Shown here: positions 1-8,700 of the stretch, piece after piece
How positions within the stretch are numbered: position 1 is the first letter of the stretch
Layout of the letters: every line of letters begins with the position of its first letter
Assembly: GCA_000002435.2 (NCBI GenBank)
Contig: CM018793.1
Length of the DNA: 64,000 nt
Reading direction: 5' to 3' (one strand)
Origin: Giardia intestinalis
Taxonomy: Eukaryota
Notes under the pieces: model-generated
Told to the model about the DNA's origin: nothing
Seen by the model: the letters and a program-made list of their open reading frames with translations, nothing else
Database searches by the model: none
Made by a program: the position numbers and the translations under genes

Positions 1-46
1 ATTTTACGTCCTTTGGCAGATCAAATTAGTAAAATGCAATTTATAT

Positions 47-757
47 TCAAAGACGGTCTTGAAGCATTGAAATGAGGGGCTCTCGTAGGAGCCGCTGGGA
101 TACTGCCAACCGTAGCGCACCCTGAGTATAGAAGGGGTACTCTGGATCTGCAGTCTCTGTATTGGCAGCTTCCAATTCAGTAATTTCATCCACCAAGGCT
201 ATGCATTGACCAGCTCGACCGTTCACCAATCTGTCATAGTATGGAGGCAGGTACTGCACCTCTGCGCGAGACCTTAAATGAACGATTGTCCCTGGAGGTT
301 GTGCAGTGCGCAAGGATGACAGGGCCTTACCAATCAGCCCCTGCAGACATGACCCGCTTTTCTCATGCTGTAATTCTATATGGTTGCACAATGGAGTCTT
401 TGGATTAGGCTTTGTGCTTATGGGCAAATTCATACTAAGGCATAGCTGCTTAAGGACACCCGTAGGAACAATCCCCTTCTGCTTTATACAAACAGTATGC
501 GTATTGGATTTTTCTCGCAAAAAGTTCCAAAACGCCATATTCTGAGCTAGAAGCACCCGGTCCTGTCCAAAGACACGTTTCTTAGCGAGCAGTAAATCCT
601 CGTCAACCATCAGAGTGGGTAGAGACCCCCGTTCATCAGCGATTTTCCGGCGAAGTGCATGCGTTTGTGTTACCCACGTGCCAGCACCCAAGGAGCAGTA
701 AACGAGGGCAGCAGTTAGTAGACCGTTGGTAGCGGCCTCTATGAAGCGCCGAGGCAT
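47..757 (-). CDS. hypothetical protein (236 aa). ATG at 757 overlaps the 5' end of the divergent phosphatase gene. No confidently recognisable domain
   Basis: Intact ORF starting at ATG (+ strand 'cat' at 755-757). Weak GAG(S/T)-loop resemblance to GT28/ALG13 C-terminal region, but not convincing. Confidence 0.4.
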   Translation of the reverse strand: MPRRFIEAATNGLLTAALVYCSLGAGTWVTQTHALRRKIADERGSLPTLMVDEDLLLAKKRVFGQDRVLLAQNMAFWNFLREKSNTHTVCIKQKGIVPTGVLKQLCLSMNLPISTKPNPKTPLCNHIELQHEKSGSCLQGLIGKALSSLRTAQPPGTIVHLRSRAEVQYLPPYYDRLVNGRAGQCIALVDEITELEAANTETADPEYPFYTQGALRLAVSQRLLREPLISMLQDRL

Positions 758-1940
758 TTTTCAACTAGAAAATTCCAAGACCATGATTGTCTGCTTGTTG
801 GTCCTGCTAGCAGTCATTGGAGGGAAACAATTAGCTGCGCTGCCAGCTGATGAAGTGGTGGAACAGTTAGAATTGGCTGTAGAGCGTTTTTTGATCCAAC
901 GGAAAATCCCAGACCAGACAGAGCTGGGGTTCATACTAAATCATTTACACTATCAGACAAAAAAGGGTGGGGCTGTAGGAGTCCAGGAGCTCAATATAGA
1001 TAAAAATATCCATCAAATTGCCGTTATCGGGGACCTCCATGGAGATGCAGAATCCACTAAGTATATCTTTCAGAAGGTGCTTCTTAACAAAACATTTATG
1101 GAGTCTGGCATGGCTGTTTTTCTAGGAGACTACGTGGATCGGGGCCAGCATGGAATTAACGTTCTAACCTCCATTTTGGCAGCTAAAGTTGTTTACGGTG
1201 ATCGTGTCATAACTATTCGAGGAAATCATGAATCTGAAAACCTAAATCGCCGATATGGTTTTCTAGATGAAGTTTCCCGCGCATATGGACATGCCTTTTA
1301 CCATAAGACTATTGCTCCATTCTTCAAGCTTTTGCCCGTCGCGTATGTAGCCTCTGTGACTAGCCACACCACACTAGCAAATAGGATCCTTTTTGTACAC
1401 GGAGGACTGCCTAGAAATGCTACACTAGATACACTGATACTAAGATCCAAAGTGGATATTCCATCCAGCAACGATATCACAGATCAGAGATATACACATT
1501 CGCTAGAAAACTGTCTTCCCGAAGACGCTGTGCAAGATATTCTGTGGAGTGATCCTAGTCAGACAGTCCACGGAAAAGATACACTAAATGATTACACGAA
1601 AAACCCCAGAGGAGCAGGAATTCTGTATTCGAGTGAGTTTTATAGAAAGTTTGCCACAGAAAATAGAGTACTTGCAATGTTCAGAGGCCACCAGGTTGTC
1701 AAGAATGGGTTTAGAAGGGACTTTTTCAATCACTACACAGTTTTTAGCAGTTCAGACTACGTAGGCATGAAAAACAAAGGTGCATATGCTGTACTCGATG
1801 TTAGGTGCATGCGAACTACTATTACTTCTGAGGTTGATGTGATTGGCCTCCAAAACTACAAGGAGGTAAATCTGGCACACTGTATTCATGCTTATCCCGT
1901 CGTACAGAAGCCAGAGAACGGCACAACCAACAACAGCTAG
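741..1940 (+). CDS. PPP-family serine/threonine protein phosphatase (calcineurin-like metallophosphoesterase) with N-terminal hydrophobic/signal-like segment
   Basis: Signature motifs GDLHGD, GDYVDRG and RGNHE in correct order and spacing. The supplied ORF begins at TTG (726). First ATG is at 741 (MKRRG...). The alternative ATG at 783 precedes a hydrophobic segment, MIVCLLVLLAVIGG. Confidence 0.85.
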   Translation: MKRRGIFQLENSKTMIVCLLVLLAVIGGKQLAALPADEVVEQLELAVERFLIQRKIPDQTELGFILNHLHYQTKKGGAVGVQELNIDKNIHQIAVIGDLHGDAESTKYIFQKVLLNKTFMESGMAVFLGDYVDRGQHGINVLTSILAAKVVYGDRVITIRGNHESENLNRRYGFLDEVSRAYGHAFYHKTIAPFFKLLPVAYVASVTSHTTLANRILFVHGGLPRNATLDTLILRSKVDIPSSNDITDQRYTHSLENCLPEDAVQDILWSDPSQTVHGKDTLNDYTKNPRGAGILYSSEFYRKFATENRVLAMFRGHQVVKNGFRRDFFNHYTVFSSSDYVGMKNKGAYAVLDVRCMRTTITSEVDVIGLQNYKEVNLAHCIHAYPVVQKPENGTTNNS

Positions 1941-1950
1941 ATACGCTGGC

Positions 1951-3441
1951 CTATAGCTTGCATACCGACTTATGAAAGCCTATCTTTTCGCTGAAGTTGG
2001 CGTGAGATGGGTATCTTTTATAGAACGGATTGTGACTGACTCCCTCCGTAGATATCCGCTTCAAAACACACATACGGCGTCCGTAAAGCATAGTCATCTG
2101 CTGTGGTAGGTGATAAAGGCACAGAAAATCAGGGTGTGCGGGGATATCGTCCTCAGTAAACTCATTGACTAAGTATGGCATCCAAAAGACCAGATGGCCG
2201 TCTAATTTCAGTGTCCATGCAGCAAACTTTAGGACAGACAAGAATATGTCTGCTGTATCCTGATGTTGGGATGCAACACTAAACTTGTTATAGTTCCAGC
2301 TACGTGTGAATACAGTATCTGTGACTAAATTATCAGTGTCGTCCACTGATTCGGCCGGATGTGCAACATCAGCTGCTTTCCCTTTTCTGGATCCAGCACG
2401 GATGGAATATGGGGGGTCACATAGTATTGCATCTATACATAGGCACTGATATGCTATCCTATTAACATCATGGTGCGAAATTATCGGTTGGGGAAGGCCA
2501 TACTGAAGAAAGTTCTTACTGAAGTTCTCGTCAGTGCTTTTCCCCCGCAGCACACGAATATTTAAGTCTCCGCCAATAGTAATACATCCATACGATGCGG
2601 CGCTGACCAGAATGCTGCATGTGCCAGCAAATGGGTCGCAGACAATATCTCCTGGCTTCAATCCTGCAACCTCACACATTATGAAAGCTAGCTCATGGTC
2701 CATGGAGGTTGGTCCAAGGAAGACTCGATCGGGGAGTTGATAAGTCTTCAGCTTATACCGCATCATCGATCCCAGATATTTGGAGGTGGACACAGCCAAA
2801 ACTACAGATCCCGATTGTTGATGGGAAGTTCCTGGAAGAATGTTTGCCTTCTCCTTCTTTCCATGCATCTGTAAGCACTCGTTAATAAGCATAAATCGTA
2901 TATTGTAATTTGTCAGATCACAGGATAACGACTGGAGTGCAGGAAGACGCTGTATTATTTCTGCGTAAAGCTGAGTCTTCTGCGAATTTGCAACCTTTTC
3001 ACCAACGATATTAGAGTCAAAGCGGTACCGTATAGACTCTGAGTATAGCACTACTACGGCATCTAAGAAGTGCTTAAGAGAAGCATTTGCAGCTCTCATC
3101 GAGCTTTCGCCAAGAAGTTCGATATAAGACGAAGCAGATGCCAAGACAAACCCATATGCCTTTATGAGGGTCAAGCTAGCTAGAAACGATTCTACGACCT
3201 CAATTTGCTTTATAAAGGGCGTATTGTCTTGATAGGTAGGATCCAGAGTAAAGAGCATTATTGGGCTTATATATGGCCTACGAATAACGACAGGAAGCCC
3301 TAACAGAGCCGCCCGAGCAAGAAATGTTGGCTCGTGAAAGGCAGCTTTAATTTCACCAAAGTTGGCAACCCATAGTAGAGATCTTTCCAACGGTGCGTCT
3401 GAGGTTGAGCTAGAGATTAAAGAGGAGGACTGGGACTTCAT
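1951..3441 (-). CDS. TRM11-like tRNA (guanine-N2) methyltransferase: class I SAM MTase with N-terminal THUMP-like region
   Basis: Motif I-like DPFAGTCSILVSAA and motif IV DPPY (ILCDPPYSIRAG), typical of Trm11/N2-guanine and N6-adenine MTases. Supplied ORF start is GTG (3480); first ATG is at 3441. Confidence 0.55.
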   Translation of the reverse strand: MKSQSSSLISSSTSDAPLERSLLWVANFGEIKAAFHEPTFLARAALLGLPVVIRRPYISPIMLFTLDPTYQDNTPFIKQIEVVESFLASLTLIKAYGFVLASASSYIELLGESSMRAANASLKHFLDAVVVLYSESIRYRFDSNIVGEKVANSQKTQLYAEIIQRLPALQSLSCDLTNYNIRFMLINECLQMHGKKEKANILPGTSHQQSGSVVLAVSTSKYLGSMMRYKLKTYQLPDRVFLGPTSMDHELAFIMCEVAGLKPGDIVCDPFAGTCSILVSAASYGCITIGGDLNIRVLRGKSTDENFSKNFLQYGLPQPIISHHDVNRIAYQCLCIDAILCDPPYSIRAGSRKGKAADVAHPAESVDDTDNLVTDTVFTRSWNYNKFSVASQHQDTADIFLSVLKFAAWTLKLDGHLVFWMPYLVNEFTEDDIPAHPDFLCLYHLPQQMTMLYGRRMCVLKRISTEGVSHNPFYKRYPSHANFSEKIGFHKSVCKL

Positions 3442-3465
3442 AAGGATTAATTTTATCTGGCGGAG

Positions 3466-4827
3466 ATGCCGCGTAATCACACCCAGGCCTCAATGTGGAG
3501 GCAATCACAAGAGCAACGAATTCTTGATACTGTTAAGCAATCAATAGAAAAGAGAAAGACCGCAGATCCGCAGGCTTCTACCTACACGTTTCAGCGCTTC
3601 AAAATGTCTGACCTTGGTCCTTCCGCACTCAGTCCCAATCCCTGTCGCTTACTAATGTCAAAGTTCACCTCTTTGGGGTCTGCAGTCAGTCCTCATGAGA
3701 TGACTGGCCGGCGTCTAAAATCCACCTTAATTGAGCGGTTCAAGTCCAGGTCTCCAAACCTTTACAGCTTCAAGAAGCAGCAACGCCAAATACCCCAATC
3801 TTTGACACTAACTCCGTCCGCTCATAAATCTGAAATAGATTTAAACTCCACACTAAAGAACATAACGTTTTCCGACTTAGACCTAGCTTCTGATTTAGTT
3901 TCGCAGAAACAGACAAGTAGCGAGACAATTGAGGAACTTCCAAATATAAGACCCGCCTTTACACAGGATCAACTTAAGCGCTTCAAACTCACATCTGATG
4001 CTGCCTACACGGCCATGGCATGCAGTACTATAAAGAGTAACGTGGCCAGAGACCTAACGGATCTCTCTATTTTGGACAGCACACCTACCCTTGCAAGTGC
4101 TACTAGAGAGCGCCTACTGATGCACATGTCCAGAGAAGACATTGAGCAAGAAGCCTTACGGAGTAGATTCCTTGAAGATGCAGGACTTAAAAAAGAAAAG
4201 AAGTATCCTCCCTATGTGAGACTAGCAGATAAAAGACACTCCGACAATATAAGCGCATCAGGAGAACGAATGAGAGTTCGCCGGATCATAACTGCTGATT
4301 CTGCCTTAGCCCAGAAACATCAGACAGAGCGCGAGAAGCTACTGCTAAGCAGTAGCTGCATTGTGCGAACTGTCAATCCAGCTCCATCAGAAAATCATGT
4401 GGAAAGCAAACCACGCACTAGAACAGGCACGGTACCACCTTGTCCTAAAGGACAAGCAGCTATTAGTACACCTCCCACTCAAGCACCTGCTGTGGCGCAG
4501 ACGGTCTTGTCTGACTACATAAGTAAGCAATCTCAAACAGAACTGATTGCAACATATCAGCAAGCGAGTATCAAGTTAAGGGAAGAATTACATGAAAAGA
4601 AGCGCAGGTGCAATGATCTACAAAACAGCTTACGATACTTACAGATTCTCGCCTCTATAAAGCTCCAGCCAGATAGGGTTCCTCCGGGATTCTACTGTTA
4701 CCTCAACCTTCCGTGCTGCCATTACTCTATTTATTCAGAGCTTCACTTTTCCATTGGAGACCTTTGTGTTAAGTGTCGGCAGCGGATAGAAAACTGTATC
4801 ATGATCAAGGCCGACATAGCACAGTAA
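3466..4827 (+). CDS. hypothetical Ser/Thr-rich protein with C-terminal coiled-coil and Cys-rich tail
   Basis: 453-aa ORF from ATG at 3466. No recognisable catalytic motif. Its 3' end overlaps the convergent MTAN gene by ~85 nt. Confidence 0.5.
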   Translation: MPRNHTQASMWRQSQEQRILDTVKQSIEKRKTADPQASTYTFQRFKMSDLGPSALSPNPCRLLMSKFTSLGSAVSPHEMTGRRLKSTLIERFKSRSPNLYSFKKQQRQIPQSLTLTPSAHKSEIDLNSTLKNITFSDLDLASDLVSQKQTSSETIEELPNIRPAFTQDQLKRFKLTSDAAYTAMACSTIKSNVARDLTDLSILDSTPTLASATRERLLMHMSREDIEQEALRSRFLEDAGLKKEKKYPPYVRLADKRHSDNISASGERMRVRRIITADSALAQKHQTEREKLLLSSSCIVRTVNPAPSENHVESKPRTRTGTVPPCPKGQAAISTPPTQAPAVAQTVLSDYISKQSQTELIATYQQASIKLREELHEKKRRCNDLQNSLRYLQILASIKLQPDRVPPGFYCYLNLPCCHYSIYSELHFSIGDLCVKCRQRIENCIMIKADIAQ

Positions 4828-5627
4828 TCAAATTTACTTGCAGATGCTAAATAGCTCTTCAGAACAGCAAGCATTAAGGGCGAGCTAATGCCATTGCAAA
4901 ACTCGTCAAATTGAACGGTTGCTTCTCCAGAACCAGAGTCGCTGATTGCTCTGATAATGATATACGGCACTCTTGCCTCATAGCAAATTTGTGCCACGGC
5001 CGCACCCTCCATCTCTACACACAGTGCACTCTCAAATCGAGATCCTAGTTCCTTATTCATCTCATCGGAAGAAACAAATTGATCTCCCGACAGAACACTC
5101 CCAGTTAGCAATTTGGGGGACCTGTTTAATTGGGCAAGAATCCTTCGCCCAATAGGCTCAGAATTATCGTCTAAAACTAGAGCCATATCGTCTGCCAGCA
5201 CAGCCTGAACTGCAGCTTGGGCTCGCGTCTGCAACTGTCCATCTGCTGGGATTTCGCACTTACCCACCGAAAAGACTACGCTCCGTTCTACCCACGGTCT
5301 TCCATCAAAGTCGTGTTGAATGGCAGCAGTCGATACAACGACATCACCGATTGCAGCGCGTCCTTGAATTCCGCCAGCAACCCCTAGGAATATGACCTCA
5401 GAGCAGCCGAAGACAGAGATCATAATAGCTGCCGTAGATGCTGCGGCCACTTTCCCTATCCCGCTCTTAGAGATCACCACAGTTTGGCCGCTTATCTCTC
5501 CAGTGTAGAAAGTGCGTCCGCAGTGGTCTTCAGATTGCAGCTCCTTCTCAAAGCACTTCTTTATCATACCGAACTCACGCTCTATGGCACACATGGCCCC
5601 AATTATTCGCCTCTTCTGTGAACTCAT
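4743..5627 (-). CDS. mtnN: 5'-methylthioadenosine/S-adenosylhomocysteine nucleosidase (bacterial-type MTAN, PNP/UDP phosphorylase fold)
   Basis: Near-collinear match to E. coli Pfs hallmarks: IIGAMCAIE (GIIGAMEEE), KSGIGKVAAA, VEMEGAAVAQ (VEMEATAIA), IIIRAISD (VVVRAISD), FDEF. ATG confirmed at 5627. Confidence 0.85.
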   Translation of the reverse strand: MSSQKRRIIGAMCAIEREFGMIKKCFEKELQSEDHCGRTFYTGEISGQTVVISKSGIGKVAAASTAAIMISVFGCSEVIFLGVAGGIQGRAAIGDVVVSTAAIQHDFDGRPWVERSVVFSVGKCEIPADGQLQTRAQAAVQAVLADDMALVLDDNSEPIGRRILAQLNRSPKLLTGSVLSGDQFVSSDEMNKELGSRFESALCVEMEGAAVAQICYEARVPYIIIRAISDSGSGEATVQFDEFCNGISSPLMLAVLKSYLASASKFDYCAMSALIMIQFSIRCRHLTQRSPMEK

Positions 5628-5787
5628 TATTTATGTGTTTTTGACAGAGGCTCCGTCCTAACAAATCCCTGCCAGCTATGGTGAAATGATACCCGCGCAG
5701 CGGCCGCCCATGGGACTACAACCCCAAGGACTACAACGCTGGCAGGCAACAGGGGCCCGCACGCAAAACGCAGAGTTCACTAGCGGC

Positions 5788-8700
5788 CTACTGGAGGTCC
5801 AGGGCCGAGAGGTTGTCGTCGAGGACGACGATGCCGGCGCGGATGTCGTCCACAAGCTTCTTGTAGTACTCGACGGCCTTCCGGAGGTTGCCCGTCTCGC
5901 TGATGGCCTTGCCGCACTCGTCTGTCTTCTGCGCAAGGTCCTCGTTGGCCTTGTCGAGCGACTCCTGCAGCGAGGCGATCTCTGCCTCGAGCGCCATGGT
6001 GCGCTCGTCGTTTGCGGAGTGGAGGTTGGCGTCGCGGGCCTCCTCCAGCTCCCTGTTCAGGGCCTCGATCTGGGCGCTGACCTCCGCGTTCTTGCCCTCC
6101 TGGTCGTCGAGGAGGCCCTGGAGTTCCGTGATGGTGTTCTCGCGGTCGTCGAGCTCCTCCTGGAGCTTCCTGAGCTCCTCCTGCAGGCTCTCGACGACGG
6201 CCGGGTCGATGTCGTTCGCCGTGTTCTTGAGCACCTCGACCTCCTCCTGGAGGTCCGCGATCTGCTTCCTGCTCTCGTCCAGGGAGCACTGGAGGGTGGT
6301 GATCTTGTCGTTGTTGGCGCTGTCCAGCTTGATCATCTCGTCCTTGAGATCGCTGCACTGCTGCTTGAGGCCGTCGATCTCGTCCTGGAGCTCGTCGATG
6401 AGGGACCGCTTGGCCTCGAGCTCGTCCTTCAGCGCTGCGTTCTCGTCCTGGACCTCCCGGAGGGCCGCAGCATCCCCGACCTCCTCGCCGGACTCCGGAT
6501 AGACGGTGGTCGCGGTGGGCTGGGCCTCCAGCTGTTCGCGCAGCTCGGCGATCTCGGCGTCCTTGTCCTTGAGCCCGTCGTTGAGGACCGCGATCTCGTC
6601 ATCGAGCTCTGCGATCCTCTCCTTGAGGTCGTCGTACTCCTCGGTGTCGCGGAGCCTCTGCTTGAGCTCGTCGATGGTGGCGTCCCGCTCCGCCACAAGC
6701 TCCTTGGCTCCGCTGAGGTCCTTCTCGAGCTGCTCGACGAGCTTCTGGAGGTCGCCGTCTGCTGCCCTGGAGTCGCTGAGAGCGTGGAGCTTGTCCTGGA
6801 GGGCCTCGGCGCTCTCCCTGAGCTCGCGCACAGTGGCCTCGCTGGCCTCGAGCTTGTTTGCGAGCTCGGGGTCCGCAGTCGCAAGCTCGGCCCGGAGCCC
6901 CTCCGTCTCCATTTCCTTGGCCTCGAGCGCGGCGCGCAGCTCTGCAAGCTCCTTGCGCGCGTCCTGGAGCTGGTCCTCGAGCATCCGGACGCGCTCGGTG
7001 TCCTCGGGCACCTGGGCGGCCTCGAGCTGGACCCGGAGTCCGCCCAGCTCCTCGCGGAGGCGCGCGGCCTCGGCGTCGCTGTCGACGAGGTTCTTGTGGA
7101 CGGCGTCGATCTCGGCGAGCTTGGCGTTGAGCTGTCCGCGGAGCTCTGCAACCTCGTTCTCGAGGGAGGCAACCCGAGCCTTCGCAAGCTCCGCGCCGTC
7201 GTCATCGGTGACGGCTCTGAGGCCTGTCGTCGCGCCCGCGAGCTCGGCGTCCTTGCTGGCGAGCTGGGCGAGGAGGCTGTCGACCATCTCCTTGCTCTCG
7301 CCGAGCTTGGCCTTGTAGCCCTCGACCTCGGCGAGGAGCTCGCTAAGCCGCTCGGTGTTCTCGGCGCTGGCGCGGGCAATGGCAAGCTCCTTCTCGAGTT
7401 GCTCGATGGTCTCGTCCTTGCCTTTCGCCGCGTCGATCAGCTCGTCGACGCGGCTGCGAAGGTCGGCAACCTCCTGGCGCAGGGCCGCGACCTCGCCCTG
7501 GTCCTGCGGGGCGCCGAGGTCCTTGCGCAGGCTCTCCACCAGATCTGTCAGATCCCGGACCTGCTTCATGAGCCGCTCCTTGTCGCCCTCCAGGGAGTCG
7601 CTCCTCAGCCTGCCGTTGCGTAGGTCCTCCTTGAGCGCGTCCATCTCCGCCATGATCCGCGCGTGCTCGCCCTTGTAGTGGTCGTTCTCGCCGGTGAGGG
7701 CGTTGACGAGGGCCTGCAGCTCGTCGACCTTCTGGACCAGGCCGTCGTCGAAGTCGAGGATGCTCGAGACCTTGGCCTGCTCCTCGGGGTCGACGTCGCT
7801 GATCTCCGTCTGGGCGTCGACGTACTCCGCACCGGACTGGTCGGACGGCGCCACGCTGAGCGGCTTCTCGCGGAGCTCGCAGAGGGCGTCGTTGAGCTGC
7901 CTCACCTCGTCCTCGAGGCGGCGGAGGCTGTGCTCCTTGTCGGCGACCTCCTTGCCCTTGTCTGCAGCGAGCTGCTCGAGCTCGGCGAGCCGCGCGGTCT
8001 TCTCTTCAAGTCCCCGAATTGCGTCGTCGCGCGCGGCAACGGTGCCCCGGAGGTCTGCGATCTCATCCTCGAGGATCTTGATGCGCGCGTCGTCTTGGGG
8101 CACGGTGCTGTCAAGCTGGGCCTTGAGGTCCGCGATGAGGCTCTCCTTCGCGTCCAGGGCGCCGTTGAGCCTGTTGAGCTCGTCCTTCTGCTCGCGGTTC
8201 TGGCCGTGCATGACCTCGAGCTCCTCGTTGAGGACCTGGACCTCCTCCCTAAGCGCGTCGAGCTCCTCCTTGAGCCTGTCGAGGTCCTCGGAGGATGCGC
8301 CGGGCTCATCGGTGTAGACCGTCGAACCCACTGGCTTCTGCTCGAGCTCCCTCCGCATGTCCTCCATCTCGGCCACCGCGCAGTCGTACCTGTCCTTGAG
8401 CGAGAGGAGCTGCTCCTGCGCGTCCTCCAGCTGCTCCTGGAGCTCGACAAGCCTCTCCACGTCGCTTGCGTCTCCGCTCGCCCGGGCGTTGGCGAGCGCC
8501 TCCTTGAGGTCAGAGACCTCCTTGTTGAGGTGGGCGACCTGGCCGCGGAGTCCGCTGGCCTCGTCTGCGCCGCTCTTCCTGAGGGCCTCAAGCGCGTCAT
8601 TGAGGGCCTGGAGCTCGTCTTTGAGTCGGCCGTTCTCCTCCTCCAGCGCGGTGAGCTGTGCCGGATCGGTCTCGACTGGCTGAGCGGGCGCGCCGTCGAC

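Noticed and set aside
47-757. ALG13/GT28 C-terminal-domain glycosyltransferase assignment for the first ORF
   Set aside because: Only a GAG(T) loop and a loosely similar DEDLLLAKK segment. The N-terminal Rossmann half is absent and 150 aa are unexplained. Left as hypothetical.
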